Assembly (NCBI GenBank): GCA_964016885.1
Contig: OZ024748.1
Coordinates: 18,724,001-18,788,000 of the forward strand
Origin: Eledone cirrhosa
Lineage: Eukaryota
Length of the DNA: 64,000 nt
Direction: 5' to 3'
Shown: positions 41,001-55,400 of the stretch, in pieces
How positions within the stretch are numbered: position 1 is the stretch's first letter
Layout: the number at the start of each line of letters is the position of its first letter
Position numbers and translations under genes: made by a program
Notes under the pieces: generated by a model
What the model was told of the DNA's origin: nothing
What the model saw: only the letters and a program-made list of their open reading frames with translations
Database searches by the model: none

Positions 41001-44000
41001 GTAGTAAATATGGTCTGTTGGGTATATGGTAGTAAATATGGTCTGTTGGGTATATGGTAGTGAATATGGTCTGTTGGGTATATGGTAGTAAATATGGTCT
41101 GTTGGGTATATGGTAGTGAATATGGACTGTTGGGTATATGGTAGTGAATATGGTCTGTTGGGTATATGGTAGTAAATATGGTCTGTTGGGTATATGGTAG
41201 TGAATATGGTCTGTTGGGTATATGGTAGTAAATATGGTCTGTTGGGTATATGGTAGTGAATATGGACTGTTGGGTATATGGTAGTGAATATGGTCTGTTG
41301 GGTATATGGTAGTAAATATGGTCTGTTGGGTATATGGTAGTGAATATGGTCTGTTGGGTATATGGTAGTGAATATAGTCTATTGGGTATATGGTAGTGAA
41401 TATGAACTGTTGTGTATATAGCAGTAAATATGGTCTATTGGGTATATGGTAGTGAATATGGACTGTTGGGTATATGGTAGTGAATATGAACTGTTGTGTA
41501 TATGGCAGTAAATATGGTCTATTGGGTATATGGTAGTGAATATGGACTGTTGGGTATATGGTAGTGAATATGGTCTGTTGGGTATATGGTAGTAAATATG
41601 GTCTGTTGGGTATATGGTAGTAAATATGGTCTGTTGGGTATATGGTAGTGAATATGGTCTGTTGGGTATATGGTAGTAAATATGGTCTGTTGGGTATATG
41701 GTAGTGAATATGGACTGTTGGGTATATGGTAGTGAATATGGTCTGTTGGGTATATGGTAGTAAATATGGTCTGTTGGGTATATGGTAGTGAATATGGTCT
41801 GTTGGGTATATGGTAGTAAATATGGTCTGTTGGGTATATGGTAGTGAATATGGACTGTTGGGTATATGGTAGTGAATATGGTCTGTTGGGTATATGGTAG
41901 TAAATATGGTCTGTTGGGTATATGGTAGTGAATATGGTCTGTTGGGTATATGGTAGTGAATATGGACTGTTGGGTATATGGTAGTGAATATGGACTGTTG
42001 GGTATATGGTAGTGAATATGGTCTGTTGGGTATATGGTAGTAAATATGGTCTGTTGGGTATATGGTAGTGAATATGGTCTGTTGGGTATATGGTAGTAAA
42101 TATGGTCTGTTGGGTATATGGTAGTGAATATAGACTATTGGGTATATGGTAGTGAATATGGTCTGTTGGGTATATGGTAGTGAATATAGACTATTGGGTA
42201 TATGGTAGTGAATATGAACTGTTGGGTATATGGCAGTAAATATGGTCTATTGGGTATATGGTAGTGAATATAGACTATTGGGTATATGGTAGTGAATATG
42301 GTCTGTTGGGTATATGGTAGTGAATATGGTCTGTTGGGTATATGGTAGTAAATATGGTCTGTTGGGTATATGGTAGTGAATATGGTCTGTTGGGTATATG
42401 GTAGTGAATATGGTCTGTTGAGTATATGGTAGCTAATGAATATGGTCCGTTGGGTATATGGTAGATAGTAAATAAGGACTGTTGGGTATATGGTAATCAA
42501 TAGCAATAATAAGAACACTATAAAATACCTACATTCTAATAGCATCCGGACTGATTGTGGTAGATAGTGGTAGTTTTGAAATTTGATCACCATAACAACT
42601 AACTGGAAAATAGAGAGAAATTTACAAATTTTGAAACAATTGTAGTATTGATGTTTTTATAAATGTTGATATTTAAATAATGAGAAAGTTATTTATCTAT
42701 ATATAAATTTGAGCGACTGCTGTCTGTCCGTCCATCACACAATGTGTGTTTGTGTGAATGTATGGGTGTTTATAAGGAAGGAAGGGGATGGTAAAAAAAC
42801 TATAGCAAAACAGTGGCTGGTGTTCCATTTGCTATGCTGTGAGTGTATGTGTATGTGTGTGTTTGTGTAAATGTATGTGTGTGTGTTTTTGTGTAAATGT
42901 ATGTCTGTGAGTGTATTTTTGTAAGTGTGTCTGTGTTTGCACGTTTATATTTAAATACTCACACATATAGATGTATGCATACACACATGTACACATATAT
43001 ACACATACGCGTCAGCGTGTTGAAATATATTCTTGTATTATTAAGTTTTACAAAATTCTCGATCAATTTTTAAAGTCATAGGTCGTGTCTTTCATTAGAA
43101 ATATACTAACAAAAGAGTTAATGTGTCACAGTCCTCGAAGTACTGTTTGTTACAGTCCCAGAGTTACTGTTGTTACAGTCCCAGAGTTACTGTTGTTACA
43201 GTCCCAGAGTTACTGTTTGTTACAGTCCTCGAAGTACTGTTTGTTACAGTCCCAGAGTTACTGTTGTTACAGTCCCAGAGTTACTGTTGTTACAGTCCCA
43301 GAGTTACTGTTTGTTACAGTCCTCGAAGTACTGTTTGTTACAGTCCCAGAGTTACTGTTGTTACAGTCCCAGAGTTACTGTTGTTACAGTCCCAGAGTTA
43401 CTGTTGTTACAGTCCCAGAGTTACTGTTTGTTACAGTCCCTGAGTTACTGTTGTTACAGTCCCAGAGTTACTGTTTGTTACAGTCCCAGAGTTACTGTTG
43501 TTACAGTCCCTGAGTTGCTGTTGTTACAGTCCCAGAGTTACTGTTGTTACAGTCCCTGAGTTACTGTTGTTACAGTCCCAGGGTTACTGTTGTTACAGTC
43601 CCTGAGTTACTGTTGTTACAGTCCCTGAGTTACTGTTGTTACAGTCCCAGAGTTACTGTTGTTACAGTCCCTGAGTTACTGTTGTTACAGTCCCAGAGTT
43701 ACTGTTGTTACAGTCCCTGAGTTACTGTTGTTACAGTCCCTGAGTTACTGTTTGTTACAGTCCCAGAGTTACTGTTGTTACAGTCCCTGAGTTACTGTTG
43801 TTACAGTCCCTGAGTTACTGTTGTTACAGTCCCTGAGTTGCTGTTGTTACAGTCCCAGAGTTACTGTTGTTACAGTCCCTGAGTTACTGTTGTTACAGTC
43901 CCTGAGTTACTGTTTGTTACAGTCCCTGAGTTACTGTTGTTACAGTTCCAGAGTTGCTGTTGTTACAGTCCCAGAGTTGCTGTTGTTACAGTCCCTGAGT

Positions 44001-47000
44001 TACTGTTGTTACAGTCCCTGAGTTACTGTTGTTACAGTCCCTGAGTTACTGTTGTTACAGTCCCTGAGTTACTGTTTGTTACAGTCCCTGAGTTACTGTT
44101 GTTACAGTCCCAGAGTTGCTGTTGTTACAGTCTCTGAGTTACTGTTTGTTACAGTCCCAGAGTTACTGTTTGTTACAGTCCCTGAGTTACTGTTTGTTAC
44201 AGTCCCAGAGTTACTGTTGTTACAGTCCCTGAGTTACTGTTTGTTACAGTCCCTGAGTTACTGTTGTTACAGTCCCTGAGTTACTGTTGTTACAGTCCCA
44301 AAGTTACTGTTGTTACAGTCCCTGAGTTACTGTTGTTACAGTCCCTGAGTTACTGTTTGTTACAGTCCCAGATTTGCTGTTGTTACAGTTCCAGATTTGC
44401 TGTTGTTACAGTCCCAGAGTTACTGTTGTTACAGTCCCTGAGTTACTGTTGTTACAGTCCCTGAGTTACTGTTGTTACAGTCCCTGAGTTACTGTTTGTT
44501 ACAGTCCCTGAGTTGCTGTTGTTACAGTCCCAGAGTTACTGTTTGTTACAGTCCCAGATTTGCTGTTGTTACAGTTCCAGAGTTGCTGTTGTTACAGTTC
44601 CAGAGTTGCTGTTGTTACAGTCCCTGAGTTACTGTTGTTACAGTCCCAGAGTTACTGTTGTTACAGTCCCTGAGTTACTGTTTGTTACAGTCCCAGAGTT
44701 ACTGTTGTTACAGTCCCTGAGTTACTGTTGTTACAGTCCCTGAGTTACTGTTTGTTACAGTCCCTGAGTTGCTGTTGTTACAGTCCCTGAGTTACTGTTG
44801 TTACAGTCTCTGAGTTACTGTTGTTACAGTCCCTGAGTTACTGTTGTTACAGTCCCAGAGTTACTGTTGTTACAGTCCCTGAGTTACTGTTTGTTACAGT
44901 CCCTGAGTTACTGTTGTTACAGTCCCTGAGTTACTGTTGTTACAGTCCCAGAGTTACTGTTGTTACAGTCCCTGAGTTACTGTTTGTTACAGTCCCAGAG
45001 TTGCTGTTGTTACAGTCCCAGAGTTGCTGTTGTTACAGTCTCTGAGTTACTGTTTGTTACAGTCCCAGAGTTACTGTTGTTACAGTCCCTGAGTTACTGT
45101 TTGTTACAGTCCCAGAGTTGCTGTTGTTACAGTCTCTGAGTTACTGTTTGTTACAGTCCCAGAGTTACTGTTTGTTACAGTCCCAGAGTTGCTGTTGTTA
45201 CAGTCCCTGAGTTGCTGTTGTTACAGTCCCCGAGTTACTATTGTTACAGTCCCAGAGTTACTGTTGTTACAGTCCCTGAGTTACTGTTGTTACAGTCCCA
45301 GAGTTACTGTTGTTACAGTCCCTGAGTTACTGTTTGTTACAGTCCCAGAGTTGCTGTTGTTACAGTCCCAGAGTTGCTGTTGTTACAGTCTCTGAGTTAC
45401 TGTTTGTTACAGTCCCAGAGTTGCTGTTGTTACAGTCTCTGAGTTACTGTTTGTTACAGTCCCAGAGTTGCTGTTGTTACAGTCTCTGAGTTACTGTTTG
45501 TTACAGTCCCAGAGTTACTGTTTGTTACAGTCCCTGAGTTACTGTTGTTACAGTCCCTGAGTTACTGTTTGTTACAGTCCCTGAGTTACTGTTGTTACAG
45601 TCCCTGAGTTACTGTTTGTTACAGTCCCTGAGTTGCTGTTGTTACAGTCCCTGAGTTACTGTTTGTTACAGTCCCTGAGTTACTGTTGTTACAGTCCCAG
45701 AGTTGCTGTCGTTACAGTCCCAGAGTTACTGTTGTTACAGTCCCTGAGTTGCTGTTGTTACAGTCCCCGAGTTACTATTGTTACAGTCCCAGAGTTACTG
45801 TTGTTACAGTCCCTGAGTTACTGTTGTTACAGTCCCAGAGTTACTGTTGTTACAGTCCCTGAGTTACTGTTTGTTACAGTCCCAGAGTTGCTGTTGTTAC
45901 AGTCCCAGAGTTGCTGTTGTTACAGTCTCTGAGTTACTGTTTGTTACAGTCCCAGAGTTGCTGTTGTTACAGTCTCTGAGTTACTGTTTGTTACAGTCCC
46001 AGAGTTGCTGTTGTTACAGTCTCTGAGTTACTGTTTGTTACAGTCCCAGAGTTACTGTTTGTTACAGTCCCTGAGTTACTGTTGTTACAGTCCCTGAGTT
46101 ACTGTTTGTTACAGTCCCTGAGTTACTGTTGTTACAGTCCCTGAGTTACTGTTTGTTACAGTCCCTGAGTTGCTGTTGTTACAGTCCCTGAGTTACTGTT
46201 TGTTACAGTCCCTGAGTTACTGTTGTTACAGTCCCAGAGTTGCTGTCGTTACAGTCCCAGAGTTACTGTTTGTTACAGTCCCTGAGTTACTGTTGTTACA
46301 GTCCCAGAGTTGCTGTCGTTACAGTCCCTGAGTTACTGTTTGTTACAGTCCCAGAGTTGCTGTTGTTACAGTCCCAGAGTTGCTGTTGTTACAGTCTCTG
46401 AGTTACTGTTTGTTACAGTCCCAGAGTTGCTGTTGTTACAGTCTCTGAGTTACTGTTTGTTACAGTCCCAGAGTTGCTGTTGTTACAGTCTCTGAGTTAC
46501 TGTTTGTTACAGTCCCAGAGTTACTGTTTGTTACAGTCCCTGAGTTACTGTTGTTACAGTCCCTGAGTTACTGTTTGTTACAGTCCCTGAGTTGCTGTTG
46601 TTACAGTCCCTGAGTTACTGTTTGTTACAGTCCCTGAGTTACTGTTGTTACAGTCCCAGAGTTACTATTGTTACAGCCCCAGAGTTACTGTTGTTACAGT
46701 CCCTGAGTTACTGTTGTTACAGTCCCAGAGTTACTGTTGTTACAGTCCCTGAGTTACTGTTTGTTACAGTCCCAGAGTTGCTGTTGTTACAGTCCCAGAG
46801 TTGCTGTTGTTACAGTCTCTGAGTTACTGTTTGTTACAGTCCCAGAGTTGCTGTTGTTACAGTCTCTGAGTTACTGTTTGTTACAGTCCCAGAGTTGCTG
46901 TTGTTACAGTCTCTGAGTTACTGTTTGTTACAGTCCCAGAGTTACTGTTTGTTACAGTCCCTGAGTTACTGTTGTTACAGTCCCTGAGTTACTGTTTGTT

Positions 47001-50000
47001 ACAGTCCCTGAGTTACTGTTGTTACAGTCCCTGAGTTACTGTTTGTTACAGTCCCTGAGTTGCTGTTGTTACAGTCCCTGAGTTACTGTTTGTTACAGTC
47101 CCTGAGTTACTGTTGTTACAGTCCCAGAGTTGCTGTCGTTACAGTCCCAGAGTTACTGTTTGTTACAGTCCCTGAGTTACTGTTGTTACAGTCCCAGAGT
47201 TGCTGTCGTTACAGTCCCAGAGTTGCTGTTGTTACAGTCTCTGAGTTACTGTTTGTTACAGTCCCTGAGTTACTGTTGTTACAGTCCCTGAGTTACTGTT
47301 GTTACAGTCCCAGAGTTGCTGTTGTTACAGTCTCTGAGTTACTGTTTGTTACAGTCCCTGAGTTACTGTTGTTACAGTCCCAGAGTTGCTGTTGTTACAG
47401 TCCCTGAGTTGCTGTTGTTACAGTCCCTGAGTTACTGTTGTTACAGTCCCTGAGTTACTGTTGTTACAGTCCCAGAGTTACTGTTTGTTACAGTCCCTGA
47501 GTTACTGTTGTTACAGTCCCAGAGTTACTGTTGTTACAGTCCCTGAGTTACTGTTGTTACAGTCCCAGAGTTACTGTTGTTACAGTCCCTGAGTTGCTGT
47601 TGTTACAGTCCCAGAGTTACTGTTTGTTACAGTCCCTGAGTTACTGTTGTTACAGTCCCCGAGTTACTGTTTGTTACAGTCCCAGAGTTACTGTTGTTAC
47701 AGTCCCTGAGTTACTGTTTGTTACAGTCCCAGAGTTGCTGTTGTTACAGTCCCAGAGTTGCTGTTGTTACAGTCTCTGAGTTACTGTTTGTTACAGTCCC
47801 AGAGTTACTGTTGTTACAGTCCCTGAGTTACTGTTTGTTACAGTCCCAGAGTTGCTGTTGTTACAGTCTCTGAGTTACTGTTTGTTACAGTCCCAGAGTT
47901 ACTGTTTGTTACAGTCCCAGAGTTGCTGTTGTTACAGTCCCTGAGTTGCTGTTGTTACAGTCCCTGAGTTACTATTGTTACTGTCCCAGAGTTACTGTTG
48001 TTACAGTCCCTGAGTTACTGTTTGTTACAGTCCCAGAGTTACTGTTGTTACAGTCCCTGAGTTACTGTTGTTAGAGTCCCAGAGTTACTGTTGTTACAGT
48101 CCCTGAGTTACTGTTTGTTACAGTCCCAGAGTTGCTGTTGTTACAGTCCCAGAGTTGCTGTTGTTACAGTCTCTGAGTTACTGTTTGTTACAGTCCCAGA
48201 GTTGCTGTTGTTACAGTCTCTGAGTTACTGTTTGTTACAGTCCCAGAGTTGCTGTTGTTACAGTCTCTGAGTTACTGTTTGTTACAGTCCCAGAGTTACT
48301 GTTTGTTACAGTCCCAGAGTTGCTGTTGTTACAGTCCCTGAGTTACTGTTGTTACAGTCCCTGAGTTACTGTTGTTACAGTCCCAGAGTTACTGTTTGTT
48401 ACAGTCCCTGAGTTACTGTTGTTACAGTCCCTGAGTTACTGTTTGTTACAGTCCCTGAGTTACTGTTGTTACAGTCCCTGAGTTACTGTTTGTTACAGTC
48501 CCTGAGTTGCTGTTGTTACAGTCCCTGAGTTACTGTTTGTTACAGTCCCTGAGTTACTGTTGTTACAGTCCCAGAGTTGCTGTCGTTACAGTCCCAGAGT
48601 TGCTGTTGTTACAGTCTCTGAGTTACTGTTTGTTACAGTCCCAGAGTTGCTGTTGTTACAGTCTCTGAGTTACTGTTTGTTACAGTCCCTGAGTTACTGT
48701 TGTTACAGTCCCAGAGTTGCTGTTGTTACAGTCCCTGAGTTGCTGTTGTTACAGTCCCCGAGTTACTGTTGTTACAGTCCCTGAGTTACTGTTGTTACAG
48801 TCCCTGAGTTACTGTTTGTTACTGTCCCTGAGTTACTGTTGTTACAGTCCCAGAGTTACTGTTGTTACAGTCCCTGAGTTACTGTTTGTTACAGTCCCAG
48901 AGTTACTGTTGTTACAGTCCCTGAGTTACTGTTGTTACAGTCCCAGAGTTACTGTTGTTACAGTCCCTGAGTTGCTGTTGTTACAGTCCCAGAGTTACTG
49001 TTTGTTACAGTCCCTGAGTTACTGTTGTTACAGTCCCCGAGTTACTGTTTGTTACAGTCCCTGAGTTACTGTTGTTACAGTCCCTGAGTTGCTGTTGCTA
49101 CAGTCCCAGAGTTACTGTTTGTTACAGTCCCTGAGTTACTCTTGTTACAGTCCCTGATTTACTGTTGTTACAGTCCCTGAGTTACTGTTGTTACAGTCCC
49201 AGAGTTACTGTTTGTTACAGTCCCTGAGTTACTGTTTGTTACAGTCCCTGAGTTACTGTTGTTACAGTCCCAGAGTTGCTGTTGTTACAGTCCCAGAGTT
49301 GCTGTTGTTACAGTCTCTGAGTTACTGTTTGTTACAGTCCCAGAGTTACTGTTGTTACAGTCCCTGAGTTACTGTTTGTTACAGTCCCAGAGTTGCTGTT
49401 GTTACAGTCTCTGAGTTACTGTTTGTTACAGTCCCAGAGCTACTGTTTGTTACAGTCCCAGAGTTGCTGTTGTTACAGTCCCTGAGTTGCTGTTGTTACA
49501 GTCCCTGAGTTACTATTGTTACAGTCCCAGAGTTACTGTTGTTACAGTCCCTGAGTTACTGTTTGTTACAGTCCCAGAGTTACTGTTGTTACAGTCCCTG
49601 AGTTACTGTTGTTACAGTCCCAGAGTTACTGTTGTTACAGTCCCTGAGTTACTGTTTGTTACAGTCCCAGAGTTGCTGTTGTTATAGTCCCAGAGTTGCT
49701 GTTGTTACAGTCTCTGAGTTACTGTTTGTTACAGTCCCAGAGTTGCTGTTGTTACAGTCTCTGAGTTACTGTTTGTTACAGTCCCAGAGTTGCTGTTGTT
49801 ACAGTCTCTGAGTTACTGTTTGTTACAGTCCCAGAGTTACTGTTTGTTACAGTCCCTGAGTTACTGTTGTTACAGTCCCACAGTTACTGTTTGTTACAGT
49901 CCCTGAGTTACTGTTGTTACAGTCCCTGAGTTACTGTTTGTTACAGTCCCTGAGTTACTGTTGTTACAGTCCCTGAGTTACTGTTTGTTACAGTCCCTGA

Positions 50001-52395
50001 GTTGCTGTTGTTACAGTCTCTGAGTTACTGTTTGTTACAGTCCCTGAGTTACTGTTGTTACAGTCCCAGAGTTGCTGTCGTTACAGTCCCAGTGTTGCTG
50101 TTGTTACAGTCTCTGAGTTACTGTTTGTTACAGTCCCTGAGTTACTGTTGTTACAGTCCCTGAGTTACTGTTGTTACAGTCCCAGAGTTGCTGTTGTTAC
50201 AGTCTCTGAGTTACTGTTTGTTACAGTCCCTGAGTTACTGTTGTTACAGTCCCAGAGTTGCTGTTGTTACAGTCCCTGAGTTGCTGTTGTTACAGTCCCT
50301 GAGTTACTGTTGTTACAGTCCCTGAGTTACTGTTGTTACAGTCCCTGAGTTACTGTTTGTTACAGTCCCTGAGTTACTGTTGTTACAGTCCCAGAGTTAC
50401 TGTTGTTACAGTCCCTGAGTTACTGTTGTTACAGTCCCAGAGTTACTGTTGTTACAGTCCCTGAGTTGCTGTTGTTACAGTCCCAGAGTTACTGTTTGTT
50501 ACAGTCCCTGAGTTACTGTTGTTACAGTCCCCGAGTTACTGTTTGTTACAGTCCCAGAGTTACTGTTTGTTACAGTCCCTGAGTTACTGTTGTTACAGTC
50601 CCTGAGTTGCTGTTGCTACAGTCCCAGAGTTACTGTTTGTTACAGTCCCTGAGTTACTGTTGTTACAGTCCCAGAGTTACTGTTTGTTACAGTCCCTGAG
50701 TTACTGTTTGTTACAGTCCCTGAGTTACTGTTGTTACAGTCCCAGAGTTACTGTTGTTACAGTCCCAGAGTTACTGTTTGTTAGTCCCTGAGTTACTGTT
50801 GTTACAGTCCCTGAGTTACTGTTGTTACAGTCCCTGAGTTACTGTTTGTTACAGTCCCAGAGTTGCTGTTGTTACAGTCCCAGAGTTACTGTTTGTTACA
50901 GTCCCAGAGTTACTGTTTGTTACAGTCCCAGAGTTGCTGTTGTTACAGTCCCAGAGTTACTGTTTGTTACAGTCCCAGAGTTGCTGTTGTTAGAGTCCCA
51001 GAGTTAGTTGTTACAGTCCCTGAGTTACTGTTTGTTACAGTCTCTGCGTTACTGTTGTTACAGTCCCTGAGTTACTGTTTGTTATAGTCCCAGACTTACT
51101 GTTGTTACAGTCACAGAGTTGCTGTTGTTACAGTCCCAGAGTTACTGTTTCTTACAGTCCCTGAGTTGCTGTTGTTACAGTCCCTGAGTTACTGTTTGTT
51201 ACAGTCCCAGAGTTACTGTTTGTTACAGTCCCAGAGTTGCTGTTGTTACAGTCCCAGAGTTAATGTTTGTCACAGTTTTACAGACATGTTTATCACAGTT
51301 CTAGACTTACCACTAATTTTAGGGTCTGAATGAGATCTCCTTTGATGTTTCTTACTAGCAACTCTCACCACTTCAGGTTGATCTCGAAATCTTTGGTTTT
51401 CTTTCATCATACGTTCTGTTCTCCCACTGAAGAATTGTGAAAGACATACCATTGAATTATTTGTGATGGTAAATAGACATAGTATTGCTTTTAGGTGGTG
51501 GGTGGGGTTAATTAAAAACAAAGTATAAAACAACACGATGACTTTGACATTAAACATTAAGGTTTTTACTCAAAGACTGGAAATTTTCACAAAGTTCTGT
51601 CCTCTAATAAAGATACTATAAACATTTGAATTAACAAAGCTGTTTTTAGATATTTCCTGCTAAATCAATGCAGGGTGTTAAGAGTTAATATGACATTATG
51701 ACCCACATAACAGGAAGAGATGACATGCCCATATCTTACCTAAAGAATGCGTGGTGCTCTACACAACATCTCCACAAATGTTTACAAGCCACTTTATTGC
51801 CAGATTCAAAGGCATACCAATGCTCATCACACTGCAATAATAGAAACAACAGACATATATATATGTATAGAGTATGGTCTTTAAAGCGATGAAATGCCTA
51901 TGATAGTTGGAAGATCACTGATGAAGGACAAACTTTTTTCATATATATATCCATAATTTTCAGTAGCACCACTCCACATAAATTCCTCAATTTAAGAATG
52001 ACCTGTAGTATCTATTTCATACTATTAACCTTATTTGAAAATATATCTGACCAAGAATGCCTTTTGTGAAAATCAGTCATGTGGAACTATTGTCATCTTG
52101 CCTGATGGTTTGAACCTTACAGAACCACCTACCTCTTTGAGGTCAAATACCAACCTACTACCATCTACAAACTGACCAATGAGAATCAAGACTATTCCTG
52201 CTGACAACATCAAAGTATTCCTAACAAGCTCATATGTCCCAAGGCTCTGATACCATCAACACTATACACACAGAGCTGGCATATCTAAGAACTGACTAAC
52301 TACCTGATGAGGTCATAGCAATTCAATGGCTATCATCGAAATATATATAGCAGTAAATAAAGGATTATGAGTTCATGCAATTGACTTATGTTTCG

Positions 52396-52482
<87 letters not shown>

Positions 52483-55400
52483 TGGAATTGGAAATAGTAT
52501 GAAAAGTATATTTAAAAGATCTGTTTTTGTTTTTTTTCCTTCTTTGATTCGTCAAAGTGACATTATGGAAAAAAATGAGAGGAACAATTTAAAAAAAAAA
52601 CCGAGCTTTTCTTATATAGAACCTTACTCCTTTTTTAAATATATATTTGGGTTAGATTACATAAACCATATCCCTGTGTGTTGTAAGAAGTGACTAAAAG
52701 GGTTGGAGTCAGGAAGGGTATACAGCTGTAAGACATTGCTTCAAAAGGTCCCGTCCAACCCATGCCGGCATGAAAAAGTTGATGTAAAAATGATAGTGAT
52801 GATATTGATGATGATGATTATATATATATATATATATATATGTATATGTATATATATATATAAAGAAAAAGAGATGAAATCGAAAATGCAACTGGAGTCT
52901 TATTTTTTTAAAAATATATATATTTATTTGGTTCCTTTACCGGTTTCGCAGTTCTTCTGCTTTTCAAAAGGTGAGTTGAGATGGAGGGTCTGTGGTTTTT
53001 CTCACATCTATATATATATATATATATATACACATATATATATATATACACACACACAACATAAAACAACAATGACAAAGACTGCTCATATCTTTCATCA
53101 TATCTTCACATGTTGAAGTTAATGATATTATAACACACTCATCACAAGGACCATGGAGTTGCTTTTAGATGGTGGTGGGGCTAATTAAAAACAAACCTCA
53201 TGTGGGCACACACACACATACACACACATACATATATATGGAATAGAATGAGTTACTATCAATTTCAAAGTTGTGTGTGTTTCAGGTGTTCAACCAGCAA
53301 CTCACCCTACCCATTACATTAACAAGTCAGTACCGTATTTCCTGTCCTTGAGGATGGACCCACATTTTGAGAGCCAAAAATTTGAAAAAAAAATAATTGT
53401 TTCTACTTTAGGCACAAGGCCAGCAATTACCCAGGGCATTACTGGTACTTTATTTTATCGACCCCGTAAGGATGAAAGGCAAAGTCAACCTCGGCGGGAT
53501 TTGAACTCAGATCGTAAAGGGACGTAACTATGCTGGAAAGCATGGCGTCCGACCCTCTACTGATACTGCCAATCCACCGCCCTTTTGAAAAAAAAATAAT
53601 GAATAACCTTCGGCCTCCAGGACGCGTGATAGATTTGTGAGACTTAGCTATTTCTCAGGAAGATTCAGCATGACTTTTTGTTTGACAATACTGGCTTCTT
53701 TGAAATACAGGTGCAGTCCATCTGATGAACTTTTAAAAAGTTTTATGTCTACCCAGTCTCACTAACAAGTGTTGACCTGAGACCTCGCTCAGTTTACAAC
53801 TCAATAATATGGATAGTAAAAACAATAAAAAAAACAATAAAAAGTAAACCCAAAACAGTTTTAATGGAAGATAGAACTTACATTTCTGTCTTTGACTTTG
53901 ATGGAAAATATTTTGTCTTTGAAACGTACTTTGGTAATTCTTGGCCTGGAATAGAACAAAACATATATATAATAATTGTTACCTAGTGCATTACTGGTAC
54001 TTTATTTTATGGATCCCGTAAGGATGAAAGGCAAAGTTAACTTCGGCGGGATTTGAACTCAGAATGTGTCAAAGCATAGCATCCGACCCTCTACCAATAC
54101 TGCCAATCTAATTGAACCCATGCCTTTTATTTTCGGGATGTTCATGTTAGCAGATCACACCAACTAGCCCACCCATTTTTGTCCATTAAATTTAGAAACT
54201 ACAATGTAAATAGTGATATATATTACAGTATAGTTATTTTCAGGACGGTGTTGTTGCTACTATTAGATTCCAATCCCACATGAAGGAACATCTCACATGA
54301 AGTATAACCAAAACACTCCATTCAACATTACCAATAATACAATACTCACCAGAAATAGTTACCAATTTTATTTTTGTTCTTGTGTAAAATAATGCCGGCT
54401 GGTGTAATTCCAAGCATATACTCCATGTTGCTTTCACCCTATGATAGTAGATAAACAGGATATATATTATATATCTAGAATATATATAATATAGAATATA
54501 TAGAGACACATATAAACAGTTGAGTAACAGGTATATATTATATATAGAATGTATACAATTGTTTCTACTTTTGGCACAAGGCCAGCAATTACTCAGTACA
54601 TTACTGGTATTTTATTTTATCGACCCCCGTAAGGATCAAAAGCAAAGTTAACCTCAATGAGATTTGAACTCAGATTGTAAAGGGACGTAACTATGCTGGA
54701 AAGCATGGCGTCCGACCCGCTACCGATACTGCCAATTCACCGCCCTTTGATGTATATAATACAGAATATATAGAGACACATAAACAGTTGAGAAACAAGG
54801 TGTATATTATATATAGAATATATAGAATATAGAATATATAGAATATAGAATATATAGAGATACATATAAACAGTTGAGAAACAGGGTGTATAGACAAATA
54901 GACACACAGGCATAAACATACACACAAAGACAGTAGATAAAGAGAGTTATACTACAGAATATATAATGTATAATATATAGAAACACATACACATACAGAC
55001 ACAATCACATATAGACACACTCACACATAGACAAATAGAGACACAGGAACAAACATACACACACAGACAGTAGAGAAACAGGGTTATATTATAGAATATA
55101 TGATGGATAATACAGAAGCACATATACACACATCTTACCTTTACAGGATGTAGATCAACACCATACATTTCTAACCATTTGGCTTTCTCCAAGAATCTAT
55201 ATTCCGCCACAGCAGGAACCTGACCCCTGTAATTACACATTGTACCTGATTATATATATGTAAGAACCTTTGTTCAATTATGCTTCAAACACTAACTTAA
55301 CGAGAAAGTTAGTTATATTACTAAATTCCTAATTATTGGTTATTTTCAAAATTATTTGAAAACCAGAGGCAGTATCTTTCATTAGAAATATGGTAATGAA

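Noticed and set aside
43085-51087. Dozens of [12 protein letters not shown] ORFs and a CRISPR-like look
   Set aside because: Translations of a 22/23-bp satellite; no unique spacers, no cas genes, eukaryotic intron
52941-53007. Exon-like segment tag|ATGTGAG...AACCG|gtaaag on the minus strand
   Set aside because: 67 nt and open only as phase 2-0; it lies between phase-0 exons h and i, which already join into a continuous FERM-C lobe
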